A DNA stretch of 64,000 bases from Schmidtea nova. Taxonomy: Eukaryota. The translations under genes were made by a program, and so were the position numbers. The stretch spans positions 440,200,001 through 440,264,000 of the forward strand of contig CM097882.1 in NCBI GenBank assembly GCA_044892505.1. The letters run 5' to 3'. The notes beneath the pieces are model-generated. The model saw nothing but the letters and a program-made list of their open reading frames with translations. It was not told where the DNA came from and did no database searches. Positions within the stretch are counted from its first letter, which is position 1. Each line of letters begins with the position of its first letter. This document shows positions 1 to 14,500 of this stretch, piece after piece.

Positions 1-930
1 CCAGGCTGTACAAACAACAATTGATTGAAAAGGGGCTACGTCGATCAGTATTCCATCAACCGGGTATGAAAGTACAAGAGTTACATGTATTCTTGCCATT
101 GATTTTAATGACAAGAAATTAACGCCTGTGCTGATTACGAAAGGAAAAAGGGAAATGATCAATTGTATTTCTGGAATTTACGTCTTAGAAACTGAAACGC
201 TTGGTTTACCCAAGGTGTTATTAAAAAATGGATCAATTTGATGTTTCCACCAGTTTAATGGCACAATCAAAAGAAGCTACTGGTGTGGGACTCTGCCAGT
301 ACACACCGAGCTAAAACAATGAAAGAGTATCTCTCGAATCAGAATATTGATCAAGTCATGATTCCATCCGGCATGACAGCATATTTACAAAGTTTGGATA
401 TAGGCATAAATAAGCCATTTAAGAATTATCTTCGGGAAGAAATTAACATCTATATTGAAACCAAAAGAGAACGTAATGTGAAAGGTAATTATATCAAACC
501 TAAATTACAGGATGTTGTTGGTTGGGTAAAAGCAGCTTGGAGTAAAATCACAAATTAATGCGGTTTCAACTCTTTACGTGCCGGTTATTTGGACAGATCC
601 TTTTCATTCGAGACTTCAGCAATTGCTAAACATGAACGTTTTGGTCCGTTGATTTTAAGGGAGTTAGAATCACAAACAAGACCTGCTGATTTTTTCAATT
701 TTAAATGATCAAGACAATGTTTTAGAAGAAGATGATATGGTTGCACTAGAATAAAAACATTTTAAATGATTAAATTTTTATTTTGAATATTTGTATAATT
801 TTTAAAAGTTTTAAATAGTTTTAAAGTTTTTAAATAGAAAACCTCCCGAAATTAAGCCCTAAGTGTATTTTTGCCAAAATATTTAAAAAAAATATATTTA
901 AGCCCGGGGCTTAATTTCGGGGAAACACGG
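1..930 (+). mobile_element. Degenerate pogo-type (Tc1/mariner superfamily, DDE_1) DNA transposon, 3' part with right end
   Basis: ORF 283-558 carries pogo DDE_1 motifs WDSASTH and LQSLDIGINKPFK. Upstream frame-shifted pieces read TGYESTRVTCILAID...KKLTPVLITKGK. There is an in-frame stop at 556-558. The end ...ggggcttaatttcggggaaacacgg (to 930) resembles a pogo TIR and has an inverted subterminal copy cccgaaattaagccc near 845-859. Confidence 0.85.
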
Positions 931-1481
931 ATTATCAAATTGTTATCAAATTTACTAAAACAAAAATATTACTAATTTAACTAATGTGTCTCTTCATGTT
1001 GGCGCCGCTCTGAGTATTAGCAAGAATAATTCATTGATTTTAAACAATCGAATTTATTCTTAATCTATTTTTATTCTTATTTCGGTGATTTTAACGTTAT
1101 TTCAGTGGGGATTTTTACTATAATTTTTAATAAATAATTTTTTTATTTGCGACCATACAACTGATATTTGGAACTCTGATGGTTTTTACCATTTTAAATG
1201 CTTTCAAATTTTTTGGAGAATATTCATAATTTCTACTTTGATGTAAATTCAACCCCATTTCATTTAAAATACTTAATTAGAGATGGCTTAAATGGATAAT
1301 TTTTTATCAATTTTTCTCACTACTTCCGTTTATCTTACAAATATTTTAAATTCAAGAAAGAATCGTTCTGAGATGGACAAGGATTATGGTTAAATTAGTT
1401 GATTTAGGGTTCTCTGTCTTGAGAATTATATATTTTTAATTTTAATGGAGCATATTATCGGATAAAATAATTATTATTTAG

Positions 1482-1666
1482 AGCAACTGGAGCAACTCAC
1501 GTTCATGATCAGAGTAGTAGAAGTCATGCCATTTTGACAATTTATTATCAACATGTTTTACTATTTTTAATATATGACAAGCTTATTATGTTTTAAAGGT
1601 TGTGCTGGATTCAGAAGCTCCTCAAGACTTTAAAAGCAAATTTCACCTTGTTGATTTGGCAGGCAG
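1482..1666 (+). CDS. Kinesin motor exons: switch I and start of switch II (1482-1554, 1599-1666)
   Basis: Translation [24 protein letters not shown] / [28 protein letters not shown] and DLAGS are canonical kinesin motifs. The 44-nt intron 1555-1598 is GT...AG. Confidence 0.95.
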
Positions 1667-2467
1667 GTTAGTTTGCAATTTGAAATGCTATTTATCTTTA
1701 AATCTAATATATTAAATATAAATATTTTTTTTAATATTTTCATTATATTAATATATTAATTTAATTAATCTTTCGCGAGAAGCAAGTCAATATTTAGACT
1801 TATTTCACTTTTCATTTCCGAGCGGTAAGTCTAAATATAGACTGAAATGCTTATTTTTGACGTGGGAGCGATATTCTTACTTTAGTTTATATTTAGACTG
1901 GAATCTTACTCCCACCTTATGGGTACGTATTCATATACTTTTTATTGCCTCTCCAAAATATTTTCATACCAGTAGATGATTTCCTGTCTGTGTGGGAGGG
2001 CTGCGTGCTTCATGATAGCATGTAGAAATNNNNNNNNNNNNNNNNNNNNNNNNNNNNNNNNNNNNNNNNNNNNNNNNNNNNNNNNNNNNNNNNNNNNNNN
2101 NNNNNNNNNNNNNNNNNNNNNNNNNNNNNNNNNNNNNNNNNNNNNNNNNNNNNNNNNNNNNNNNNNNNNNNNNNNNNNNNNNNNNNNNNNNNNNNNNNNN
2201 NNNNNNNNNNNNNNNNNNNNNNNNNNNNNNNNNNNNNNNNNNNNNNNNNNNNNNNNNNNNNNNNNNNNNNNNNNNNNNNNNNNNNNNNNNNNNNNNNNNN
2301 NNNNNNNNNNNNNNNNNNNNNNNNNNNNNNNNNNNNNNNNNNNNNNNNNNNNNNNNNNNNNNNNNNNNNNNNNNNNNNNNNNNNNNNNNNNNNNNNNNNN
2401 NNNNNNNNNNNNNNNNNNNNNNNNNNNNNNNNNNNNNNNNNNNTTTATTGATATAAATATAAATAAG

Positions 2468-2505
<38 letters not shown>

Positions 2506-5500
2506 TAGTTCATATAGTTTTTTGTTATTTTCTTTCTTGAATATGCATTTATTCTGTGTCTCTATTTTAATTCAGTTACCCCCTATTTATTTATTTTCAA
2601 ATTTTTGTGACAATTGATGAAATTTATTTGGGGTCGTTTCAGCCACCTAAACCCCCTCACCCTCTTTTGACTTTTCTAATCAAATTCGGATGTTATTTTT
2701 GAATTCAGCTGCCCCATATTAATTTTTTTTCGACAATCGGAAGAACTTTATTTTACCCATTTCAGAAATTTTGAAGGCGACCTGTGTCCCCTTTATGCAA
2801 TTTGTAAAATAAATGGACTTCAAAACTTGAATTAAGTGATCCCCAAAAATAATTTGAGAAATTAAATAAAATTTTTTTTGGGGAGAGGGTTGAAAAATCT
2901 ACATTTCAGTCCCCTTTAACCCCCTTAGGAACCCCTAAATCAAATATCTGACCCCATTTTCATCGATAAAATTACTAGATACCTACTAGGGCCACTTTTT
3001 GTAGACAAATTTTAATTCCATATAGAAGAACATTAGACAACGTACTTTCTCAAATTTAATTCCCGCTCACAATAGGTTAATGTTTTAACANNNNNNNNNN
3101 NNNNNNNNNNNNNNNNNNNNNNNNNNNNNNNNNNNNNNNNNNNNNNNNNNNNNNNNNNNNNNNNNNNNNNNNNNNNNNNNNNNNNNNNNNNNNNNNNNNN
3201 NNNNNNNNNNNNNNNNNNNNNNNNNNNNNNNNNNNNNNNNNNNNNNNNNNNNNNNNNNNNNNNNNNNNNNNNNNNNNNNNNNNNNNNNNNTGACTATAGA
3301 TCAAAATTTTGTTTATAAACAATAACACAATATTTCGGCACAGCCTTTATCAAGTGTGTATTTCTTGATAAAGGCTGTGCCGAAATATTGTGTTATTGTT
3401 TATAAAAAAAATTTTGATCTATAGTCATTATGAGAATTATTGATAATAATAATAAAAAAAGATCAAANNNNNNNNNNNNNNNNNNNNNNNNNNNNNNNNN
3501 NNNNNNNNNNNNNNNNNNNNNNNNNNNNNNNNNNNNNNNNNNNNNNNNNNNNNNNNNNNNNNNNNNNNNNNNNNNNNNNNNNNNNNNNNNNNNNNNNNNN
3601 NNNNNNNNNNNNNNNNNNNACCTTTGATCTTTTTTTATTATTATTATCAATAATTCTCATAATGACTATAGATCAAATTTTTTTATAAACAATAACACAA
3701 TATTTCGGCACAGCCTTTGATAAAGGCTGTGCCGAAATATTGTGTTATTGTTTATAAAAAAATTTGATCTATAGTNNNNNNNNNNNNNNNNNNNNNNNNN
3801 NNNNNNNNNNNNNNNNNNNNNNNNNNNNNNNNNNNNNNNNNNNNNNNNNNNNNNNNNNNNNNNNNNNNNNNNNNNNNNNNNNNNNNNNNNNNNNNNNNNN
3901 NNNNNNNNNNNNNNNNNNNNNNNNNNNNNNNNNNNNNNNNNNNNNNNNNNNNNNNNNNNNNNNNNNNNNNNNNNNNNNNNNNNNNNNNNTAAAATATTTT
4001 CATTTTTCTTTTTAATGAATTATTTGTTTACAATGTAGTGAGCGTGCAAGTTTAGATTCTCCTAATTATTCTTATGAGAGACAAAGAGAGGGGTCAAACA
4101 TAAACAAGTCATTAATGAATCTTGGTACAGTTATTGATGCATTGGGTATGATATTGGAATTATGAAGGTTTATTTTAATGTCAACATTCAGCTAAATTAA
4201 GCTTGAAACCAGACAAAACTTCTCACATTCCTTATCGAAACTCCAAATTGACTTGGATATTAAAGGATTCTCTTGGGGGAAATTCCTTAACAACAATGAT
4301 TGGAAGTGAATATTATTTTCTATAGAATTTAAGAATGTTAAATATTGACATTGGTCTTCTTGCATATTTCCTTGCCTGTTGTTTTTCTTTTCGATAGGTA
4401 ATAATTATCCGTTAATTTTTGCATTTTATATTAATCAGATAGCATTTACTTGATTTCTGCATATGTTTATTTTCCATCATCTCTCGTAGCTCTTTGGATT
4501 TAATATTCGTTCCTGTTTTTTTTGTTGCTTTACATTTTCTATACACTTTGTTCTTTAAAGTGTTGCAACATGAGATGAAAGTGCGCGATGATTGGGGGCA
4601 AATACATAAAAATACTGAAGAGTGAAAAATTTACAATTGATAAAAAAGTACAAAAAATAATTAAAAATTACAAAATATTAAGTCTAAATAGCGTGGGAGA
4701 AATTGGCATGTACGGGTGGCAAATCAGAAGACGAGTACAAATATGATAGTAAAATGAGGGGTCTTCCGAAAGAGATATTCAATAAATAAAAATTTATTGG
4801 AAAAATAATGAACAATTTATTAGTTATGTAGATAACCTGAACAAAAGGAAAACCCTATATAAAATTAGATTAACAAAATCGCAAGCCGAAATAAATAAAA
4901 CTAGAAGGAGTAATAATCCTTCAATGTGATTGATTTTGTTAATGCTGTATATTTTTATTATTTCTGTTACTTTTATTGTAATTATCAATATGCATATTGT
5001 TGTCGCATTTATATGGGTTGATGACCTTGCGGACACCAGGTAACCTTCCTTTTTATTTTTGCTTTGCTGTGGTCGACAATTTGGTCGAGAAAAATTATGA
5101 CAAAAATAAAATAAAATAATAAAAATTCAAAAAAAAATCAATGAAAGATTAACAACAGCAATTCTAAAACTATAGAAGATTGACAAGAAGAAATTGATTA
5201 AAAATAAAACTAAGGAGAATTAAATAAAAAAATTTGCTACCAAACAACGGAAAATAATAAACCAAAGAAATAGGAAATTGATTAGAAAATAAAATTAAAG
5301 AAAATATAAAATCAGAAGTAAGAACGGAAGAGTGATATAGACAGGAAACTTCAGATTAAAAAGAAACGATCTATTGTAATTAAAGAAAACTGATTTCGCC
5401 GATTTCTCCATAAAACTGACAAAACAAAGAAATGACACAGATCCTTTTTTTGAATTGACATTCTATTATCATACGTGAGTACCTGTTTTAGCTTTCGTTA

Positions 5501-8500
5501 AATTTTATTGCTATATTTTCAATAAACTAATTAGTTAAAAATTTGTTATTTGTGAATATTACATCTCACATACTAATATACACACGCACGCACTCACACA
5601 AGTATAGAAGCACACACCCCGAGTGTCTCCGAACGATTTTTGGAAGACTTTCTCGGGCTCTAAAAATTCCTCCCACTACACACATTCCTACTAGTCAAAA
5701 ACATTACCAAACATAATCCACACAACCCACTATTTACATAACAGATTTCATCATATATTCCATTGATTCTTATACCCCCGTAGAAAATATTACACATAAT
5801 AATATTCCACATCACTGATATTTTGGCTTTCTATTTTTTTCTTACAAGTTCTTGCTCATAACTTTTCTTATTCGATTGCAAGATCAATCTAACTGCATTT
5901 TGAATCTCTTTGCTAGTAATAGTTGACATTTTGTTGTAAGTTGCAAATTTGCTAGTGTTTCTATATGGGTAGTTAAAAATTGTTTTCCTAGCGATTACTG
6001 CAACACACATACCATCATGAAGATGTTAAATCTCCCTCACTTCTGTACCAATAGTTACTTCTTGGTAATCTATGTTGGTAATGTACACAATGGTGCAAGA
6101 ATTCGTTGAGCAGGTGAGTTTCGTTGCCAAAACTACTCCTTATTGCATTCCCTCTAACGGGTTCCTGCTGCCGATAGAAGGTCTTACGCTCATATTTAAT
6201 TTAAAGGTCCACTTAAATTTATCAGCTCTTAACTTTCTAAAACATTGCTTTATTATATTTAATATCTTATCTTATCTGTTCCCAAAAATATTCGAATAAC
6301 ACCCTGTTTATTCCTCATGGTTTCCGTCCAATTACATCCTCTAATTTACCTTTACTCTAGCTAATCTATATAATTTAATAAACGATGGTTAGAAGACTAG
6401 ACTGACTATTGGCATAATAACTTCCACTGATCAGTAACTCACGGCCTGTGAGCAGACAGAGCTTTTCCTAAAAAGGTTTAGTTTGGAATTCATCTGAGAC
6501 AGAAGAAAAAACGATTTTCAATTTTTTTATCAAATTCCAAGCATTAACAATTACCTTTGTACAGTACATAGAAACATAAAACATAAGCATACTTACTGAT
6601 TCTGTAATCAGACGTTCCGCAAGAATGATTAACAACAATACTGCTGTGGGCTTGCGAGTGAGAAAATAATTGATAATAATTGAAAATAATTACGTAGTCC
6701 ATTATCAAAACTAAGTGTTAATAGTTAAAAATTATGATTTTTCAACGTCTATTTATACTGTTTTTTTTTCGTTTTATCTCTAACTCAACCGACTTATGAA
6801 ATACGGTTCGTATGCCTACTATTTGCGATTTAATATTCTATTTACTTTTATGCTATTTTTCTGTTTAATGCTCTTATGTGTTATCGTGCACTTTAAATTC
6901 TCTTTTTGTGTTTATTTATTTTACGATGCATTAAAACAAAAAAAATTTATTTATTTTTTACTTTTTTCAAAAAAATACAATAAAAATATTTTTTTTTGAC
7001 AGTCATGTTTTAGGGCATGTCAGTTCTCGATGTCTTTGACATTCGATGATTTTGACAGTCAATATTTTAAAAATCTATTTTTTCGTAGTCGATATTTTAG
7101 GGGTGCGCCGTTTAAGTCGCAAGTGTTAAAATAATAACTAAATTTATTTTCTTAATCTCATCTACTACTTATGATTGAAAGTAGACGCAGTTCAGTATTA
7201 TATAAATATTTTATCTTTGCCAAATAATTGAAATTTTGTAGCAATTACGCCAAATGGAAAATTTTACAACGAAACTATTGCAACTCTGCGATTCGCTAAA
7301 AGAACCAAAGAAATAGAGAACATGCCGATTATTAACGAAGTATTAAAAAGCTTTAAATAATTTTTAATCCTTGGAATTAAATAAAGGATCCGAATGTCAA
7401 ACTGATCAGAGAATTGAGAGAGCAGATAATAATATTACAAAATCAGCTGAATAGCAAAGTAATAATTGGAAATTTTCCATCAGTGTTAACTTAAATGTTT
7501 CAGCAAATGCCAGAGGATTTGCTCGTAAGATCACAGAAGGTGATCAATTTATATTTCAGAAATTATATTAATTATAATAAATGGATGCAATAATAAATAG
7601 GTCGACGAGATGTCCCGAAACTGGACGAAACAAAGAAAGAACAGTATATCATACAAAAAATACAGTTCAGCAGTAAGTGCTAAATTGAAAAAAAACATTA
7701 TTTTCGAAACTGACCAAGTACCATGTAGATTGGGAAATAATTTTTTTGTCTAAGTAACTGCTAAATATTTATTGTTTACAAAACTAAAAATTATGAAACA
7801 TTTTAAAATTTAAAAAATATATTTTTTCCAACTAAAATAAATAATAATGTTGGCGTTGCTTAAATTAATGCAAAAACACAGTTAAATGCTCAGAGAAGTT
7901 TGTGCAGATTAATAAAAGTGTTGGGTTATTAATGAGAAGTCGGTTGGTATCTGACTCCGTTTTTCTTTCGTTCACAAAATAAATTAGACCCAACACAGTA
8001 ATCTTTATTTTAAGTTACAATAGTTGTCTGCACTCTTCTGCGTTAGGGTAGAACACCCAATGGGATATCTCCCTTTCTGGTACGAAAGAAGATCGAGTAA
8101 ATTCAGATTCTACCTTTGGTTTTCTCTTAGAGTTTCCACCTCTTGCTTCCACTAGTTGCTCAATTTTCAATTCTCAAGATTTATCTTCGACAACTTTGTC
8201 AATATTGGAAACTTGTCCTTAGTTTATATACTGCCTTTTTCATTTCATCCTGTCGCCTTAATTGGATCTATCAAAATAAAATAATCAAATTGCCTCTGCC
8301 GCTGCGTAATTGAATTTTGCTGACAATGGGTTTGCGACTTTTCCCGGAGCATTCTTTGCTCATCCAATTTATTTGGATAATTATATGATTTTGTTGATGC
8401 CCCGGATTTCCCACATCGCTCGGGTTTCCCATTTGGCAATTAATTATTTTAAATTAATTTATATTTTCTTAATATTTCTTTCTGGGTGTCTCTTTTTAAT

Positions 8501-11500
8501 TTTATATACCCATATTTTAATTCGTCTCATCATTTGGCATCCTCTCATACCGGTTTCCCCTTTAAGGCTTTATTTTTGAATTTCATAAATTTTTTAATTA
8601 ATGTTTGCACTTTAATTATTATTTTTCCAAATTTGTGTTTTTATTGATTTGCACATAGCTTTTGTGCCTTTTAATTTAATTTTCTGTTTATTTTAAAAAC
8701 CCCAACAAAGGGCAAAATTAATAATTGAAGTACAAAAATTAATTAAAAATTGAAAAAATTTATATTTTTCTTGGGAAACAAATTTTGGTGGATGACAAAT
8801 GATGAGATAAACATAATAATTAAAATAGTTTTTTTTTTAAAATACAATTTAATTAAAAATCAATTTAATTTCTGTTTGAAAACTCCGATCTATCACTAAG
8901 ATTATTAAGTTATTAAAAATTTACTTTTAAGGAGACCGGTGACCGTTACAGACCAGACGCACATGCAAAAATCAAATTGTTTTTGTTTTTTTTAAATTTT
9001 GATTATTAGATTACGAGGAGAATGAGAGAGAGAATCTTATATAATGAATGGCAAGTTTTAGATAGTTGCCGCTTGGTCGAAAAGAAAAAAAAGAATAAAA
9101 CAAGACTATAGAAGATTTAAAAAAGAAAGCGAAAGAACCAATTTAAAGTCAACGTATTTTCAAATAATCGTGAAGACGTTCAACCTTTGGGTCATCTACT
9201 ATATTTAATTGAATTGCAGATTTTCAATAAATTTATTGTCTTGGGTATTACCTTTGTTCAATTTGCAAAAAAGCAAGAAGAATTAGATTTCGATACCGAC
9301 TAAAGCAAATTTATTCCAGCAATAATTATAAATCAAATGTCAGTGAAGCCTTTTATCTTTTCCACCATTGATCTATTTTCATTTAGAGTTCCTTTTATAT
9401 TCATTTCTTTTCAGACTTCATCAATATTTTGTTTTATATTTAATATGAATTTTTATTACAGACTTTCATTTTTTTACTTCGAACACTGTGAATGAGTTGT
9501 GACGAAAATTCGTGTAATATATAAAAGCAACATAATGATATATAATAGAAAAGGTCATTTATTAAATATGATCCGATATTTCGAGAGCGATCAATGAAAT
9601 AAAAGTTAATTAAAGTTGTTTTTAAAAACTATATTTTTATACTGTATATTTGTATATAAATAATAAATAATAGCGTTTCCTATAGCGTTTTCATATTTGT
9701 CTATATTAACAAATTTAATTTGTTATTTTATTATAAATATTAATTACTAAATTATATATATCTAGGTTTTGTATTTAAATAGTAAATAATACTTGTTAAA
9801 TTTGAAAAAAATTCAATAAATGACAAAATTAATTGAGACAATGAAATATCCTTTTTTGTTAATATTTTTATTTCTCTAATCCAGCGGTTCTCAAAGTGGG
9901 GTCCATGGTCCCATGGGGGCCGCGAAATGGTTTTGGCAGAACCATGGAAAACGAAGTTTTAATCACTACTTTTTTTTATTAAAGAGGTCCGCAAGCTATC
10001 AAAAAATTTAAAGGGACTCCCGCTGAGGAAATTTTAAAAAGTTTCAGAACCGCTGAAATATTAGAATTCAAATGCAACCAGATTATAATCAATTAACCGT
10101 TTCGATAAGCTATCATACTCACCAAAAACATATGAATGCTCAGTAAAGCGTTTAATTTATCAGATTTTCCAGGTCAGTAAAAAAATAACATTAATAAGTT
10201 TGTTGTTATTTATAAGTGAGATTCCTTATAAAAGGTCTAATGTTATAAAATATTAATTAAATTGTGATTTTTAATATAGCGAAAACTTCAAATTTATTTG
10301 CTTAACTAAATAGTTAAATATATCTTATCCAAGACTCAAAATTTATAAAAAATATTCTTACACAAAAATCAAAATTAATTAAAAGTAACATGACTTGTAA
10401 AAATGTGCAGAATAATAACTCATCAATCACTTAAAAACCTTAACTACAAAATAATAACATTTAACACTAGCTACAATGACTTTAGTAATTTCTTACAAGG
10501 TCATACAAATAAAACTGATAGTTTAAAACAAGATTGAAATTATTATATAAGAAATCAATAAGTAATTCTAAAATATTTTTAAAAAATAATAAATTGGTAT
10601 TCTTAGGTAAAATAATTTAAAAATATATTAATTTTTAAATATATTAAAATTATTTTCTTATTTCAAGGAAGAAGATGGATCGCATGATGCTGGTATGAAA
10701 ATAAATTATTAATATTTTATTAAAAATTTTTAGATGAAGGGTCAATTAATAAAGGCAGTCAGGTAATTTTAAATAATTTAATTATATTATCAAATTCCTA
10801 ATGATTTTAAAAGGGGCTTTTCATAAGTAACGTTCAACATCTGGTTCTTTTTAATCATCCTTTTATTAAACAACAAAATTTTAATTCTTTAATATTTTGA
10901 CACACGAAAATATATAAATAAAACTATAAAAAAACTATAAAACGATTACAAAAATAACACTAATAAATGAAGATTTCACACATTTTCTAATTCAAAGGTC
11001 ATTATATCAAATGAGAAACCCTATCTCGTTCTTTTAAACTCTTGATCATAATTTTGAATCCTGTGTATGAAATGCACACCAAAATATTTTTCATTAACAT
11101 TCACAGATGAAAAGTTTTAAAATTCAATTTGGTTCCTATTTAAATAAATACCTAAATGGCATAAACATTAAAAAAAAATTTTAATTTCGGAGTTATTTTA
11201 CTATATTTCAACATACACACATTTGAATCCTGAAATTAAAGTTAAATTAACTTTTAAATGTATTTTATTTTCAAACAAAAACAAATTATGAAAATTATAT
11301 TTTTTAACGATAAGCCGAAGAACATTTGAATTACTAATATATGATAAATGATTCTTGTAATCCAAGGTTCTCCAACCTTTAATACTCTTTGGAATCTTTG
11401 AAATGATATTTATGTTTCAAATAACCTTAACATAAATTAATTTAATATATAATTAAGAAATCTTCTTTTATTAACGTGACATTCATAAGGAAAACATAAT

Positions 11501-14500
11501 ATTTTTACTATTTCATGGTTTGGCCAAAACTAATTTAAGTAAAAAATTGCTTAAACAGAGTCAAGTATAACATCAAAATAGTTATCTTAAATTCTTAACC
11601 ACTTCATGCTTGGGCTCGTACTGTTACGGGTGAATTGAACATGTTGTTAGGCTTACGCTCGTATCCATACAAGCGATCACTTGACTTTATGCTTTCTATC
11701 ACGGATATTATCAATTTCTAAATATAAAAGTGGATCAGTGTTCCCACGGCGCGTCGTATGTATTAGTCTATATCGATTCGTTTTTGACAATTTCTTGAGA
11801 AAAACCAAGCATGAAGTGGGTAAAATAGACGTCACAACTCTATTTTTCAGGTGAACTCTCAACTTTCAACAAATAGTTGAGATTGACGATGTATTAAAAA
11901 TTATGAAAAGTTGGGACAGTCTAAAAAACTATTTATTTTTGGGAAAGATTTATAAAAATGACAATTAAAATTTAGTCTAATATATATTTAATTAAAAATC
12001 AATTAATATTTAAATGATCTCAAATTTGTTTAAATACATATGCAGAATTAATGTTTGCATTTCAAATAATTTCATCATTTGACATTTATTGAGTGTAAAA
12101 TACATAAAAAACAATTTGATCGAAATGACAAACTTCAAAAAGCAAACAAAAGTCATTTTATTATGCTCTTATTTATGAACGTATAGATTGCTGCGCACGA
12201 CGCAAGTAATTAATTTTATAAAGAAATTTCAATTATAACAAACAATAAAATTAAAGTTCATTAAGTGAGATAAATTTTTACTTTTAACTCTTTGGTAAAA
12301 TTTTTTATTAGTTTTTAAATTAATTTAATTTTTATGAATTTTATTAAGGTTACAAAAAACTAATTTAAATTTGATTAATTAAAACAAAGATGACTGAATT
12401 GTTTGTTTCGAGGAAACGATAGAATAAATAAGTAAATAAAAAATAAAAGTAGGGGGGTGTTTATTGTCACAAGTCATCGCAATCGGCTTAATAAACATCG
12501 TTCTTTGACAATGAAAACAAATTAAGATATCAAAAGAATGTTTATGATTAAAAGAATCCAAGAATTTAAATGGTAATTAATTAAAATAATTGATTATGTC
12601 GAAAATTTGCACATATAAAGAAGAGTAAATTTCCTCACGTTGCATCTTTTTAGAAAAAGAACAGATGTAAACTTTTTGATTTTAATTAAAAAAGAGAGGA
12701 AAAGTAATATCAAATTAAAATATAATTCCCCAACTTGGATAAATAAATTGGTACTCTTCCATTGGCAAGTGCTAGCAATAATAAGGAGTACGGAATTGTG
12801 TATTGTGATTTATATTGAATATATATTGTGAAAACTTGAAATATAAATGCAGTGACCATGCGTTTGTTGAGAATACCTAAATAATAAATTAAATATTATC
12901 ACAAATTAATAAAATGATTAGGGAAAAATAGACAGAGCAAATGATGTCGTGTTTTTAAATTCGGAGAAGGAGGAAGTAAGAGCAAAAATTGAGAAATGAG
13001 AAGATAGCAGTGAAAAAAAAGAAATAAAATAATTAGCCAGAAAAGGTCATTCATAATTAAAAAGTACTAAAAGGATAAAGCAATTCCAAAATCGAAAAAC
13101 AAAAACAAGAAGAAAAATTATATCTTGACAGTTTATCAGAGATACCAGGATTGCAGGAGAAAAAGTTGGAAGAACAAATTATAAAGGAAGCATGGCATAT
13201 CTCGACAGCTTTCAGAGATAATGCAGGAGCTATGGAGAATGCTAGACGCAAAAACGGGGGGGGGAAATTATCTCAAGCACCACAAATTTTTGGAACCATA
13301 AAAGGAAAAAACAACAGTAGATGAGAGAGAAGCTATAGTGTAAAATTCAAAAAGGAATTCTGCGGAGAAAATTGAAATTGAGAAGAATCAAAGTATATTA
13401 TTAAAAAACGTGGATCAAAGAAAAAAAATTTTGAGAAGATTCTAGTGAATTTAGTGAATTAAGATATTAATTGAATAAAAGAGTCGAAATATATTAAGTC
13501 AATTTCCAAATCAAAGCAAGAAAACAATTAGTCAGTTACCCATTGTTGAATCTAAATCGGTAGATGGTGATCGTTAAACGGAGATATTGTACACGAGTGC
13601 TACTCCTCACAGAGTGTTGTAATAAAAACTCTCTAATTATTTGTCATATTATTGAATTGGTCGTACCAGTGTAATTTGTGAATCCAGCTGTGATATCAAT
13701 AAAGGTTCTTATTATTAATTGTTATTTTATTGATCAAATAAACACACATAGAGTCAGAAAATTAATTGGTAAACTTTAAATTTCAAGAACAAACTAATAA
13801 CCCAACACGTATTTTATTTAAGATAGCTGTCCTTTATTTTATTTTCTGTCTTTTACCTTTATTTATTCTCGAAAATCACTATTTTTCCCTATTAGTTTGT
13901 GAATTGATATTATAAATTGAATATCGGCACGTAATACCGAGTCCATAAACTACACGCGCTTGTTATTTTACTCACTATCGGCGGGCGGTGACGTAGATGT
14001 ACATTCATACGTATAATGTTGATGTGCTTGCTTAAATAACTATAATGTACTTGACTATGTGTACTGTAGAATCTGTGGTAGGAGTAAATAGATATCTTGA
14101 AGTTGTGAGTGTAGGACTTAACAATAAATAAATGCTCAAGGAGCTTATTTAAAACATTTTAATATTCTAGCAGGTTTGTTTAATACATTCAAACAAAATG
14201 GTGTAATGCAGCAGTGGACAACGAATTAGACATTTTATTTTCACCTGAATGCCTTTCATTACTTTTTTTCCGAGACCTATTGTTCCAGCTAAATTTAGAA
14301 GTGGTGACTTTTTTAAGTTCGTGTGTAGAAAGTACCAATGAAAAGGTAGTCGTGGAAAAAAGTTTTTATGATAATAAAGGCAAACTGATTTTTTTATTAT
14401 TTAACTTTTAGATTTGTCCTTTCTTTTTTCTAAAACAAATATGGTTACCGTAATTATATCAGATTTAATGGGCTTGATAGAGATTACAAGAAATTTATAT

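Noticed and set aside
2620-3070. GC-patchy repeat-like segment, possibly a Helitron- or MITE-derived element
   Set aside because: No termini, TSD or coding motif could be supported, and it is truncated by an N gap.
9175-9200. Hammerhead-like motif on the minus strand (UAGAUGA CC caaa GG uUGAA CGUC)
   Set aside because: U4 is changed to A, GAAA is broken and stem I does not pair. At best it is a decayed copy.
13544-14123. Possible solo LTR (TGTT…AACA, 580 bp) with coding-like purine-rich DNA upstream
   Set aside because: There is no TSD, no convincing PBS or PPT, no second copy in the window and no recognisable gag/pol motif.
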